DNA of 64,000 bases from Phycisphaerae bacterium. Its GTDB lineage: Bacteria; Planctomycetota; Phycisphaerae; UBA1845. Both the position numbers and the translations under genes were made by a program. This document shows positions 39,716-49,559 of this stretch, piece after piece (position 1 is the stretch's first letter; each line of letters begins with the position of its first letter). The notes beneath the pieces are model-generated. The model saw nothing but the letters and a program-made list of their open reading frames with translations, had not been told where the DNA came from and made no database searches. Where the stretch lies: positions 1,632,001 through 1,696,000 of the forward strand of contig CAXXGO010000006.1 in assembly GCA_963666835.2 (NCBI GenBank), in the 5' to 3' direction.

Positions 39716-40450
39716 ATGGACCAAGGGCTCTTCCTTCTGTGTGGGACCGCCGCTTCCATCGGGTTTGTGCATACCGTGCTGGGACCGGACCACTATCTGC
39801 CGTTCGTGGCCATGTCTCGCGTCGGTAAGTGGTCGTTCACCAGAACGATGGTCATAACAGTGCTGTGCGGGCTCGGGCATGTGCTGAGTTCGGTGGTTTT
39901 GGGGCTGCTGGGATTAGCCTTCGGGATTGCGGTTCTGAAGCTGGAGAGTTTCGAGTCTGTCCGCGGAGACCTGGCGGGGTGGCTGCTGCTGGCGTTCGGA
40001 TTGGCGTATTTTGCATGGGGCGTGCGGCGGGCGATTCGCAATCAGCCGCATACTCACGTCCACGCTCACGCGGACGGTTCGACGCACACGCACGAGCACG
40101 TGCATGCGGAGGAGCACGTTCACGTGCATGCCGAGACCGAGCCGGCGGACAAGTCGGCGGACTCGGCCGCATCGATGACTCCGTGGGTGTTATTCACGAT
40201 ATTCCTGTTCGGGCCTTGCGAGCCGCTGATCCCGCTGCTGATGTACCCGGCTGCCGAAGGTAGTATCGGTGGCGCGGTTCTGGTAGCGGTGATTTTCAGC
40301 TTGGTCACCATCGCCACCATGACGTCGATCGTCGCCTTTGCGTATTTGGGCGTTGGGGCTCTGCCGTTTGCGCGCTTGGAGCGTTACAGTCATGCCGTGG
40401 CAGGCTTCGTCGTCATGGCTTGCGGAGCCGCTATCAAGATCGGACTTTAG
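39716..40450 (+). CDS. Ni/Co transporter-like membrane protein (UreH/RcnA/HupN-like)
   Basis: HTVLGPDHY, GLGH, His-rich loop HTHVHAHADGSTHTHEHVH, FGPCEP. Confidence 0.82.
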   Translation: MDQGLFLLCGTAASIGFVHTVLGPDHYLPFVAMSRVGKWSFTRTMVITVLCGLGHVLSSVVLGLLGLAFGIAVLKLESFESVRGDLAGWLLLAFGLAYFAWGVRRAIRNQPHTHVHAHADGSTHTHEHVHAEEHVHVHAETEPADKSADSAASMTPWVLFTIFLFGPCEPLIPLLMYPAAEGSIGGAVLVAVIFSLVTIATMTSIVAFAYLGVGALPFARLERYSHAVAGFVVMACGAAIKIGL

Positions 40451-40480
40451 CCCGGGTTATTCGCCCAAGCGAGGAGAAGG

Positions 40481-40521
40481 CCGCAAACCAATGTAGCGTC
40501 AGGGCTTGTCCCTGGCGTGGA
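40481..40521. repeat. GTAG-led REP-like repeat, copy of 1709-1749
   Basis: 40/41 nt identical; lies between convergent genes. Confidence 0.8.
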
Positions 40522-40544
40522 AGCTGGTCGGTTTGGAGGTTTCG

Positions 40545-41924
40545 TCAGTTCTCCCTCCACCCCGGCCCGCGCGGGGGCCGGCGACCGTCGGCTTCGTCCT
40601 TACCGAGAGTCCTCTTGCGCCGCAGGATGTGATGATAATGTTGGGCGAAGCGGTGCGCTTCGTCGCGCATCTGCTGAAGCAGGCGCAACGCCGGGTTGTT
40701 CCGCGAAAGGCGGACTGGCGAACTGCGCGCCTGAATGTGGATCTCCTCCTCACGCTTGGCCAGCGATACGACCATGGGAGGGCGCAGGTTCATTTCGCTG
40801 AAGGCCTCGAGCCCGGCGTGGAGCTGTCCGAGCCCGCCGTCAATCAGGATTACGTCGGGAAACAGCTCCTCTCCGTCGGCGGCGAAGCGATAGCGGCGGG
40901 TGATCACCTCGCGGATGGCCGCGTAGTCGTCGATTCCCTCGACCGTTCTGATCCGGAACCGGCGGTATCCCGGCTTGAACGGTTTACCGTCGATGAAGCA
41001 AATCAAAGAGCCCACCATTTCATCACCCTGCAGATGGGCAATATCGATGCCCTCCATCGATCGCGGCGGACTTTCGAGCCCGAGCAGGTCAGCCAGCTTG
41101 TTCAGACCTTCTTGCGGGTCCACATAGAACACCTCCGGCTGCACGTCGTCGTGAACGTCACCGGAAAGCGCCAGGGATTCGATAGCCTTGATCCGATCTC
41201 GGATCTTGGCCGCTTCTTCGAAGCGCTGCTCTTGCGAGGCGACATTCATCTCGTTTGTCATCTGCCGGAGTACGACGCTTCGCTTGCTGGCCAGGAACTT
41301 CTTCAAGCGCGCGACGTCCTTGCGATAATCCTCCTTGCTGATGAGGGCGGCGCAGGGGGCGCTGCACCGGTCGATGGCATGGAGCAGGCACGGCCTGAAG
41401 AACCGGCGTTTCTCGTCTCCATCGTGAATGTCCAACTCGCAGGTACGGTACTTGAAGACCCGTTGCAGGGCATTGACGGCGTCGCGGATCGCCATGGGCG
41501 AGAGGAACGGTCCGTAGAGCTTGCTACCGGAATGGCGCGGGGTCCGAGTCACCCGGACGGCGGGGAAATCCTCCCCGGTCGTGATTTCTATGTAGGGAAA
41601 CGTTTTGCCGTCTTTAAGCTGGACGTTGTGCGGTGGCTGGATGTCCTTTATCAACCGGCTCTCTTTGAGGAGAGCGTCGACCTCGCTGTCGCATTCGACG
41701 TAGGCGACGTCCGCGACCTTGTCGACCATCCGGCAGATGTCCGGACCGCGAGTGTTTAGCAGATCGGCCGAGGGCTGGAAGTAGCTGCCCGCGCGCGACC
41801 GGAGGTCCTTGGCCTTGCCCACGTACAGCACCCGGCCTTCGGCGTCCTTCATCAGGTACACGCCGGGAGTTTTTGGGAACTCGGCGATCTGCTTGCGGAT
41901 AGTCTCCAGCCGCTGCTCGTCCAT
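40545..41924 (-). CDS. uvrC: excinuclease ABC subunit C (short form)
   Basis: GIY-YIG (GVYLM, LYVGKAKDLRSR), Cys cluster, UVR motif FEEAAKIRD, RNase H-like GIDIAH, LIDGGLGQ, RDEAHRFA. Confidence 0.92.
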   Translation of the reverse strand: MDEQRLETIRKQIAEFPKTPGVYLMKDAEGRVLYVGKAKDLRSRAGSYFQPSADLLNTRGPDICRMVDKVADVAYVECDSEVDALLKESRLIKDIQPPHNVQLKDGKTFPYIEITTGEDFPAVRVTRTPRHSGSKLYGPFLSPMAIRDAVNALQRVFKYRTCELDIHDGDEKRRFFRPCLLHAIDRCSAPCAALISKEDYRKDVARLKKFLASKRSVVLRQMTNEMNVASQEQRFEEAAKIRDRIKAIESLALSGDVHDDVQPEVFYVDPQEGLNKLADLLGLESPPRSMEGIDIAHLQGDEMVGSLICFIDGKPFKPGYRRFRIRTVEGIDDYAAIREVITRRYRFAADGEELFPDVILIDGGLGQLHAGLEAFSEMNLRPPMVVSLAKREEEIHIQARSSPVRLSRNNPALRLLQQMRDEAHRFAQHYHHILRRKRTLGKDEADGRRPPRGPGWREN

Positions 41925-42193
41925 GCCGGGCATTGTACACCAAATCCGCATCGAAGGGCCTGCGGACGGTTAAAGGGATCGCGCGACGGCTAGATTGGCG
42001 TACCGTCGACCCTGTGAACAGACTGCCGATGGGAGTGGGTGATTGACTTGGGGTGGGCTGCGCGGACATCGCGGCACTGTGGTGGCTTGTTACGGTTGTG
42101 AATTTCCGTCACCTGATTCCTCACTTGACTCCGGCGGTTAAGTACGGTATTTGTTAGGGTTCACGATTTCATGCTTTATGGAGGAGGTCGGCC

Positions 42194-42346
42194 GTGTCTA
42201 ACAGGATTCGCCCGGAGCATCCCATGCCCGAGATCCTGAACGTCGCGTCGTTTATGCGTCGCTTCGGGGACAATGTGGCGTGTGCCGCGCATCCGCGAGA
42301 GATTCTCCGGCGGGCGAACCCGGAGCGGTTTGTCTGGGACAGTCAC
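42194..42346 (+). pseudogene. probable IS1595-family transposase 5' remnant
   Basis: GGAGGAGGT RBS; LNVASFMRRFGDNVACAAH.REI...ERFV resembles the F..RF.DE.AC..L...RW...FVCP zinc-ribbon N-terminus, then breaks off. Confidence 0.45.
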
Positions 42347-42482
42347 GTTTCGGTGGCCAAACCATTAATACTAAAGGAGTTTTCTCCCGGGGCAAAGAAG
42401 AGAATCAGGTTGCGTCATTCGCCCGGGCGTGGGCGAGAGTTATTCGTGTAGATGACGGTCACATCGGCACGGGGGAATCGGT

Positions 42483-43004
42483 ATGTTTGATGACAGTATG
42501 GAGATCAAGGACGGGAATAAGCTGTATCCGCTTCATCTATGCACCAGCGGGAGCGAGCCGCTTCCGTTGGTCTTTGAGTTCTGGATGGCGGAGCTGGCCC
42601 GGGATCACCTGCGGTTGGGCGTCTACTTCCGAGCGGTGGCGATCATGTTGCAGATCCCCGGGGCGGCGAAATACGAGTGGGTCGGCGACGACGAGGAGAA
42701 CGAGTATGAAACACCGGACCTTGTCAGGGTGAGCAGCCGCGACGAGCTGCTCGGTGCGCTGGGCGAGTGCTTCCGGCGGCTCGGGGCGGAGCAGCTCATC
42801 GACCAGCTTCCCGACCCGGACGCGGCCGGGCAGGAGGTGTCGGACGATTGGGCCAAGCTTCTGGACAAGCGCGGGAAGGTGGACAACGGGTTGCTGAACG
42901 TCGTGGCCGAGTGCCTGGACAAGCTGATCGTCCGCCCCGGCCTGGCCGAGATCACCGCCCCGGTCACTGAGCCCTGGTGGCAGCGTTGGCGACTGCGGAC
43001 GTAG
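42483..43004 (+). CDS. acidic hypothetical protein with C-terminal PWWQRW motif
   Basis: 173-aa ORF with strong GC3 bias; true start uncertain. Confidence 0.65.
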   Translation: MFDDSMEIKDGNKLYPLHLCTSGSEPLPLVFEFWMAELARDHLRLGVYFRAVAIMLQIPGAAKYEWVGDDEENEYETPDLVRVSSRDELLGALGECFRRLGAEQLIDQLPDPDAAGQEVSDDWAKLLDKRGKVDNGLLNVVAECLDKLIVRPGLAEITAPVTEPWWQRWRLRT

Positions 43005-43419
43005 GCAGTCCGCGGGTCGCCGCGTATCTCCCACGGGCGGGTCGCTCACGTTCGCTGTGCTTCTGATAGTAGCCGCGACGTCGCATGTTGCTTGAAGATC
43101 GCGGCAGGTCTCGTTCCTCGACCATGCCCTACAGCTGCGGGCGTAGGCAGTCCGCGGGTCGCCGCGTATCGGCCACGGGCGGGTCGCTTACGCTTGCCGT
43201 CTGATAGTGGCCGCAAGGTCGCTGGTCGCTCGAAGATCGCGGCAGGTCTTCTTCCTCGACCGTGCCATACGCAAGAACGGCGGCAGGTCTCGTTCCTCGA
43301 CGATGCCCTACCATATTGCCGCAAGGTCGCTGGTCGCTCGAAGATCGCGGCAGGTCTTTTTCCTCGACCGTGCCATACGCAAGAACGGCGGCAGGTCTCG
43401 TTCCTCGACCGTGCCCTAC
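42993..43419. repeat. tandem REP-like (BIME-like) array
   Basis: Five 31-bp units (consensus CGGCAGGTCTCGTTCCTCGACCGTGCCCTAC) at 43102, 43240, 43281, 43348, 43389 inside larger ~140-bp and 108-bp duplications. Confidence 0.9.
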
Positions 43420-44748
43420 CTATTCGTTTGTTTCGGTCGGCATCTTTTTGAGTAGGTGGACCGCCCAGATTGTGAGGGCGCAGGCCAGGATTACTACCAG
43501 GCCGACGAATGCTGCTTGTTCGAGGCCCTCCCGCTTGGTCGGCTTCGAACTGGGATCGTAACCGACGTTCGGCTGAAGGGCTTCTAGCGACAACGAGGCA
43601 AAATGCCTGAGCTTTGCATGGTCGGACGGGATCAGCTTACCGAGTTCATAGTGCGGTGACGCAACGACGTCGCTACCGACGTGCAGCGTGTAGGTTCTTC
43701 CCGGTTCCGGGACGAAATAGAGGTTCCGCCGGATCCACTCGATCTTGACACTACGGATCCGGAGTGGTGGGTTATCCTCGTTTAGCACTTTGAGCCGAAG
43801 GTAATGCGACGGCTGGTTGAAGCTGATCTTGTCATGTGACTCGGTCATGCCGGGAATCTTGTAGATGGTTCCGCGGGCGGCGACGCGATACTCTGCACCG
43901 CGGTCGTCGGTGGCGGTCAGGAGTTCGACACGACGGTGATAGTACGAGTTCCCGACCTCGAAGGTAACGCGGGCTACCGGTAACCTGCCGCGAAGCTCGA
44001 TCACGCTGTCGCCGTGCTCGTCGATAATAACGGTCGGAGTGTCAATGGTGACGTGGTCGTAGTAGTGTTCTGCCGGTCTCCGCTCACCCGACCAGCCGAG
44101 GATGCGCTCGACGCGAAACGGACCGTCTTTCGTTCCTTCCGTCCAGAACTCCAGACCCTCGTACCGCAAGCGCATCTCCGGGCCGTCCAACGCCGGCGCG
44201 TCGTCGCGAAGACTTAAGCGCAGAAACGCGGAGTCAGTTTCCGGTATTGCGACCGAGGTTTTCCTCAGATCGATCCGTGAAGAGAAGTCGAAGATGGTGT
44301 CGGCGGCTATCTCCCGCATCGCGTCGGGGGTAGGCCCGGCCTCGACTCGGACGTGTTTCTTGAAGTCGCGGCCGGCAATTACAAGTTCGATCTCCCGAAA
44401 CGCCGGAGTACCGCCGGGTCGTCTTACGGTGATGACATCGACCCCATCGGTTTCATCATAAGAGACGATCTCAAAAGCCAAGGACTTCGGCGCTTTGTGC
44501 GCCTCCGTCTGCTGGTAGATGACGTAAGGCGTCTCCTGCCCCAGGTCATCAAACAGACGCATGTTACCGAAGTCCTCTTCAGCTTCCGCGATGATCTCGC
44601 GAGTCAGCGGCGCGGCCATCGGAACATTGGGCGTATACTCACCGCGTACGTCCGCGACGAAGCGGAAGTCAGCCGGGGACGGCCCCGCAGTGGCCGAGGT
44701 TGCGGCAATGAGGCATGCGGTGTACGTGATCCAGAGAAGAGGTCTCAT
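43420..44748 (-). CDS. DUF3999-like exported protein with C-terminal TM anchor
   Basis: Signal peptide, MRLFDDLGQETPY, VLNEDNPPLRI, PHYEL, C-terminal TM; overlaps the DUF2339-like gene. Confidence 0.7.
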   Translation of the reverse strand: MRPLLWITYTACLIAATSATAGPSPADFRFVADVRGEYTPNVPMAAPLTREIIAEAEEDFGNMRLFDDLGQETPYVIYQQTEAHKAPKSLAFEIVSYDETDGVDVITVRRPGGTPAFREIELVIAGRDFKKHVRVEAGPTPDAMREIAADTIFDFSSRIDLRKTSVAIPETDSAFLRLSLRDDAPALDGPEMRLRYEGLEFWTEGTKDGPFRVERILGWSGERRPAEHYYDHVTIDTPTVIIDEHGDSVIELRGRLPVARVTFEVGNSYYHRRVELLTATDDRGAEYRVAARGTIYKIPGMTESHDKISFNQPSHYLRLKVLNEDNPPLRIRSVKIEWIRRNLYFVPEPGRTYTLHVGSDVVASPHYELGKLIPSDHAKLRHFASLSLEALQPNVGYDPSSKPTKREGLEQAAFVGLVVILACALTIWAVHLLKKMPTETNE

Positions 44749-46721
44749 GATTCCGTTCTTTCATCCGCGGCGAGGATGCGCCCCTTGAAACGGTGATACA
44801 GGTAAGATGCGCCCACGAGCATCAGTCCAAGAACAAGGAAGGACAGGATTCGGTAGGGCGTATCTACGTTGGCCATATCCCGAACGAATACTTTGATAAT
44901 CGTAGCGGCGAACAAGACGATTGAGCATCGACGCAAGACCGCCTTGTTTCGCACGAAGCCGAGGACCATCAAGGCGGTGGCGAACAGGGCCCACAGCATG
45001 GAGATCGATGCAAACCGCGCGCGGGGGGCGTAATCGTAGCAGCAAGCTGCAACCTCGATGTTCAACACAACGAACAGGAGAACACCGAACAGGCCGAGGA
45101 AGAAGGCGGCTAAGTTTCCCGGCCCGCTTGCGCGGTCGAGCCCCGCGGCCTTGAACATTTGAGCTGCTCGGAACGTAACGCCCAGTGCCACGGCGATCGT
45201 GACCCAGCGTTCAAGCAGAGCCACTTTGAACCCGGAACCGTAATAGAAGTCGGTCAACTGCAGATCGAACACGGCGGGATAATCGTGGATGAAGAGCTTC
45301 ACTACTGCGATCAATAGTAGCATAGTCGCCCCGGCGCGAAGCCTGCTATTGCCGAGCCGCAAAGCCGCCCAAAGCAGGAACACACCCTGGATCGCCCAGA
45401 AGACCGTGATCCAATGCGCGGAGAACAAGATCGGAACCGTGATGACGAGAAACAACAGCCCCTTCGCCAGAAGCAGAATGAACGCGTCGATACTCTCCCG
45501 ATTTCGGCGGTGAAGGTAGGTCGCCATGGTCAAGAAGACGGCTGAGTATGCTACCGAGACAACGCTAACCCATTGGAGTGTGAACAGGTCCCGGATCATC
45601 GCGAACGAGAATCCGAATGCCAGGAAGACGTTGGGAATCGTGATGCTGAATCCGATTACCGGCTGTTTCTGTCTCTTAGAGAAGTAGTAAGCAAACGGGG
45701 CAATGGCGTAGGTCAGGAAGAACAGGTTCAGGAATACCGTAGTCGTCCAGAACTTAGAGTCCGTGTAGTCCGTGAAATACCATGCCGAGAACAGCAGCCA
45801 TGTAAACGTCAGGCCAAGGTAACTCAACAGACGCCACTGTTTGAATGCTGCAATGCCGAGAATGCCGGCGTTCAGGATGGCCATGTACGTCATGAGAGCG
45901 ACCTGATTGTCGGTCCCGGTGCTCAGGACCACCGGGGTCAGAAAGCCACCGATGATACCCAACACGGCCAGCCACTTCGTGTTGTAGAATAGCGCCAGCA
46001 GCCCGGCGAAGGCGGTTACCAGCGCCATGAGCCCGAAGGCCGGAGCTTGACCGATTAGATGGTATATCTGGAACGCCGCGTAGCTTGCGAAGTAGAGCAC
46101 CGCAATCCCGCCGCCCAGCACGTACAGACCGAAAGGATCCAGTCTCTTGCGGCGGCAGAACTCGCCGCCGCCCAGCATGACGATCCCGGCCAGGTAGGCC
46201 AGAGACACGCGCCCGGTAGGCCCGATCCAGTTTCGATCGAACGAGTATTTCAAGAAATAGCCAACGGCCAGGACCGTAATAACCAGGCCGGCGATCAGCA
46301 GCCATTTTTGCCCAAGGCGCACCTCTGCAGCCCCGGCCGCCGCGCGCTCGCGTTCAGTAGCGCGGAGTGCCGCGGGCATTGCCCACGGCGGCGGTTTGGC
46401 GCAGCGATCGCCCGCCGTCTCGCTCGCGCGCGATTCGCCGGAACTCGGAACACGTATTGGTTCTTCGGGTTCCGGCTGCGGCAGCTCATAGAGTGTGGAG
46501 GGAGCTGCTGACGTCAGTTGGTCGATTATCTGTGGCTCCAGCGACTTGAACTTCCGCTCCAGCTCGCGCAGTCGGTCCACGACTACATCAGAGTGGTCTT
46601 GGGCCCGTCTTACCGCGCTTCTGAGTTCTTCGAGCGACTGCAGCACCGTCAAATCGAGGCCGCACTTGGGGCAGGCCTTCTGAAGCAGGGTCGTCCATTC
46701 CTTACATCGTGGGCACTTCAC
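44745..46721 (-). CDS. DUF2339-like polytopic membrane protein with N-terminal zinc ribbon
   Basis: CPRC..CPKC, EVRLGQKWLLIAG, YFLKYSFDRNWIGPTGRV, RILSFLVLG...SYLY. Confidence 0.85.
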   Translation of the reverse strand: MKCPRCKEWTTLLQKACPKCGLDLTVLQSLEELRSAVRRAQDHSDVVVDRLRELERKFKSLEPQIIDQLTSAAPSTLYELPQPEPEEPIRVPSSGESRASETAGDRCAKPPPWAMPAALRATERERAAAGAAEVRLGQKWLLIAGLVITVLAVGYFLKYSFDRNWIGPTGRVSLAYLAGIVMLGGGEFCRRKRLDPFGLYVLGGGIAVLYFASYAAFQIYHLIGQAPAFGLMALVTAFAGLLALFYNTKWLAVLGIIGGFLTPVVLSTGTDNQVALMTYMAILNAGILGIAAFKQWRLLSYLGLTFTWLLFSAWYFTDYTDSKFWTTTVFLNLFFLTYAIAPFAYYFSKRQKQPVIGFSITIPNVFLAFGFSFAMIRDLFTLQWVSVVSVAYSAVFLTMATYLHRRNRESIDAFILLLAKGLLFLVITVPILFSAHWITVFWAIQGVFLLWAALRLGNSRLRAGATMLLLIAVVKLFIHDYPAVFDLQLTDFYYGSGFKVALLERWVTIAVALGVTFRAAQMFKAAGLDRASGPGNLAAFFLGLFGVLLFVVLNIEVAACCYDYAPRARFASISMLWALFATALMVLGFVRNKAVLRRCSIVLFAATIIKVFVRDMANVDTPYRILSFLVLGLMLVGASYLYHRFKGRILAADERTES

Positions 46722-46992
46722 CGGTTCGACCTCCCGACTGCGGCCGCGCGGAGCAAGATGCGGCGTTTCCAGAATGTCTCATTCTGACAAGTGTACCTGA
46801 TGTGCGTCGTGGGTGGTAGGTTATCATGGATTTGGGTTTGGGTGCTCCCTGGAGCACCGCGGGGCGGTTTGGGTGGATACCAAACGCGGACTTGGTAGAC
46901 TGCAAAGAAGAGAATGGCCGCGAGGGCGGGGTGGAACAGCGCCTTCCAGACTTGTGATTCGGATCGAGATCGACGAGCAGGAGCACCATATC

Positions 46993-48099
46993 GTGTCGCA
47001 GCCGACGAACATCAAACGCATCGGGGTATTGACCGGAGGCGGGGACTGCCCCGGGCTCAATGCGGTCATCCGGGCCGTTACCAAGTCCGCCATTAACGAG
47101 CACAACCTGGAAGTCTTCGGTGTCGAGGACGGTTTCCTCGGGCTGATCGAGAACCGGGTGCGCCGGCTGAGTTTCGACGACGCGTCTAATATTCTGGACA
47201 AGGGCGGTACGATTCTGGGGACGAGCAACAAGGCCGACCCGACTCGTTACTGCACCGGCCGGGACGGATCCGGGGCTTTGGTGTTCGAAGACGTTACTGA
47301 CAAAGTCATCCAACACGTGCATAAGCGCGGTCTGGACGCCCTCGTGTGCATCGGCGGTGACGGAACGATGTCAGGAGCGTCGAACTTGATCCGGCGGGGA
47401 CTGCGCGTGGTGGGGGTGCCCAAGACGATCGACAACGATCTCATGCACACCGAAGTCACGTTCGGGTTCGATACCGCCGTATCGGTAGCGGCGGACGCGA
47501 TGGATCGGGTCCGTACGACGGCCGCAAGCCATCATCGCGTGATGCTGGTCGAGATGATGGGGCGTAATGCGGGATGGATCACGCTCAGCGCGGGCACGGC
47601 CAGTGGGGCGGATATCATCCTGATCCCGGAGATCGGCTTCGATCTCGACGTGATTTGCGCTCGGTGTGTCGACCGGAGCAAACGCGACAAGGCGTATACG
47701 CTCATCGCCGTGTCGGAGGGAGCGAAACCTGCCGGCGGTGATGTTGTGGTGGATCGCGTGGTTCACGAGTCGCCGGATCCTATTCGGCTCGGCGGGGTCA
47801 GCGAGGTTCTGTGCGGGCAGATCGCCGAGCGGACGAAGTTGGAGTGCCGCGCGACCATCCTCGGCCACGTTCAACGCGGGGGCAAGCCCACGGCACGCGA
47901 CCGGATCCTCGCAACGCAGTTCGGACACAAAGCCATCGAGCTTCTGGTAGCTGGGCAGTACAACCGGATGGTCGCGATGCAGGAAGGCGGGCTCACCAGC
48001 GTCCCCATCACCGAGGTGGCCGATCAGCAGCGCCTGATCACGCCGGAACACCCCCTAATCGCTGCATGCCGCGCGGTGGGAACCTCGTTTGGCGTCTGA
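46993..48099 (+). CDS. pfkA: 6-phosphofructokinase (PfkA family)
   Basis: GVLTGGGDCPGLNAVIRA, GGTILGTS, IGGDGT, VPKTIDND, EMMGRNAG, LGHVQRGG; GTG start after AGGAG. Confidence 0.96.
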   Translation: MSQPTNIKRIGVLTGGGDCPGLNAVIRAVTKSAINEHNLEVFGVEDGFLGLIENRVRRLSFDDASNILDKGGTILGTSNKADPTRYCTGRDGSGALVFEDVTDKVIQHVHKRGLDALVCIGGDGTMSGASNLIRRGLRVVGVPKTIDNDLMHTEVTFGFDTAVSVAADAMDRVRTTAASHHRVMLVEMMGRNAGWITLSAGTASGADIILIPEIGFDLDVICARCVDRSKRDKAYTLIAVSEGAKPAGGDVVVDRVVHESPDPIRLGGVSEVLCGQIAERTKLECRATILGHVQRGGKPTARDRILATQFGHKAIELLVAGQYNRMVAMQEGGLTSVPITEVADQQRLITPEHPLIAACRAVGTSFGV

Positions 48100-48182
48100 C
48101 GCTGGGGAGGCTTGACGAGTGGTCTCAGCTTGGCCATCCGAGCGCGGTGGCTGGCTCGGTGGTTAACCTACTGCTGTGTCGG

Positions 48183-48239
48183 AACTTGCCGATGAGACGG
48201 CTCGAACGCGTACTGGCGTAGTGCCCACTGGAACCTGAA
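48183..48239 (-). repeat. degenerate copy of the tRNA-Leu 3' half (att-like)
   Basis: 47/57 nt identical, ungapped, to 49308-49364; ends at the anticodon loop. Confidence 0.8.
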
Positions 48240-48458
48240 TAGAGCGTCGCTCAGCACGTCAGACTGTCCAGTTTCCCCATCCGTACCGGACTGTGGTGGA
48301 CGCTGCGTAATCCGTGAACATGTCACTGCCCGTACGGAGAGCCTTCTTCCGTTCGATAGGACCTATCGCCGAGCTGGAGAGAAGCTTGCGTGTCAGGTAT
48401 CATATTATGGAGTGGCCGTGCAGCCTGGCCAAGCCACTTTCGCCTGGAGGATTAAGTC

Positions 48459-48692
48459 ATGGTGTGGCAGGATCGAATCTCGGTGGACCCCAATGTTTGC
48501 CACGGGAGGGCGTGCATCAAAGGGACGCGCGTTATGGTCTCCGTGGTTCTGGACAACCTTGCCGCGGGCGAGTCGCCGGAGAGCATCATTCAGGCGTACC
48601 AACTCACGGCTGACGACATCCATGCTACGCTGATGTATGCCGCGGCGTTGTCCAAGGAGCGCATTGTGCCGCTCAAGGTGGGAGCGGCGTGA
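48459..48692 (+). CDS. DUF433 antitoxin-like protein
   Basis: RISVDPNVCHGRACIKGTRV, LAAGES.E.I...Y.LT..DI. Confidence 0.92.
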   Translation: MVWQDRISVDPNVCHGRACIKGTRVMVSVVLDNLAAGESPESIIQAYQLTADDIHATLMYAAALSKERIVPLKVGAA

Positions 48693-49075
48693 TACGTTTC
48701 AAGATCGATGAGAATCTCCATCCCGACGTTGCGTCGTTTCTGCGCGACCACGGTCATGACGCTGTGACCATCTGGGACCAGGGTCTGCGCGGGACGCCAG
48801 ACGCGAACCTGGCGGAGGTCTGCCGCGCGGAAGGCCGGACATTGGTGACGCTCGACCTGGATTTCGCCGACATCCGCGCATATCCACCGGAAGAGTATCC
48901 AGGGTTGGTCGTCCTCCGCATTACTCGACAGGATAGGGTAAGCGTGCTGGATACGCTCGGACGGATCGTGCCGCTTATGGAACGCGAACCTCTGGACATG
49001 CATCTGTGGGTCGTGGACGAACAAAGCGTCAGAATCCGCGGACCGAATGTGGAAGCCGACCAGGGGCACGCATAA
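48689..49075 (+). CDS. DUF5615/PIN-like toxin
   Basis: FKIDENL, GHDAVT, EGRTLVTLDLDF, PGLVVLR; GTGA overlap with the antitoxin. Confidence 0.9.
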   Translation: MIRFKIDENLHPDVASFLRDHGHDAVTIWDQGLRGTPDANLAEVCRAEGRTLVTLDLDFADIRAYPPEEYPGLVVLRITRQDRVSVLDTLGRIVPLMEREPLDMHLWVVDEQSVRIRGPNVEADQGHA

Positions 49076-49311
49076 CGGAGTTCGGCGCGATGTTCAGTTG
49101 CTGGGGATGCTCATCCAGCGAGAAGTCGGGGGGGGGCCGTGGAGCGGATGCTGTCTGCCCGACTTGGTGTGTCTGACGATCGGGCTTGTCCGCCCACAAC
49201 AGGAACCTCATGCGGCGTCTGCCCGTGAGAGAGGCCCGCTAGTGGATTCGGCTGAGGCGACCACGCGAACCGGCAGGTCGGAGGGCTCTAACCTACGTTT
49301 AGAAAAGAACT

Positions 49312-49396
49312 TGCGGATGAGAGGACTCGAACCTCCACGGGCGTAATGCCCACTGGCACCTGAAGCCAGCGCGTCTGCCAATTCCGCCACATCCGC
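49312..49396 (-). tRNA. tRNA-Leu (CAG)
   Basis: Acceptor GCGGATG/CATCCGC, GGCGGAATTGGCAGAC, anticodon loop TTCAGGT, long variable arm, GGTTCGAGTCC. Confidence 0.97.
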
Positions 49397-49442
49397 TCTG
49401 CAACGGCGATCGGGCAAACCCGCCGCCGTCTTGGCAGTCAGC

Positions 49443-49470
49443 AGGATAGCTACCTTCCCTAACTCGTCAA
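49443..49470 (-). promoter_or_regulatory. sigma-70-type promoter of tRNA-Leu
   Basis: Minus strand TTGACG-N16-TATCCT. Confidence 0.55.
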
Positions 49471-49559
49471 GCCGGAGCGCGGGCCTTACGCACCACGCGA
49501 ACGTCCGAGAAGTGATGGGAGGTCGGTTGTCGGACGGCTTGGCCCGCTGCTTGTGGCGA

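Noticed and set aside
42993..43419. CRISPR array
   Set aside because: Intervening sequences are themselves duplicated and range from 10 to ~107 nt, repeats are degenerate, a solo copy lies 24 kb away, and no cas genes are present
49076..49307. Integrase remnant beside tRNA-Leu
   Set aside because: No tyrosine-recombinase motifs recognised in the translations available
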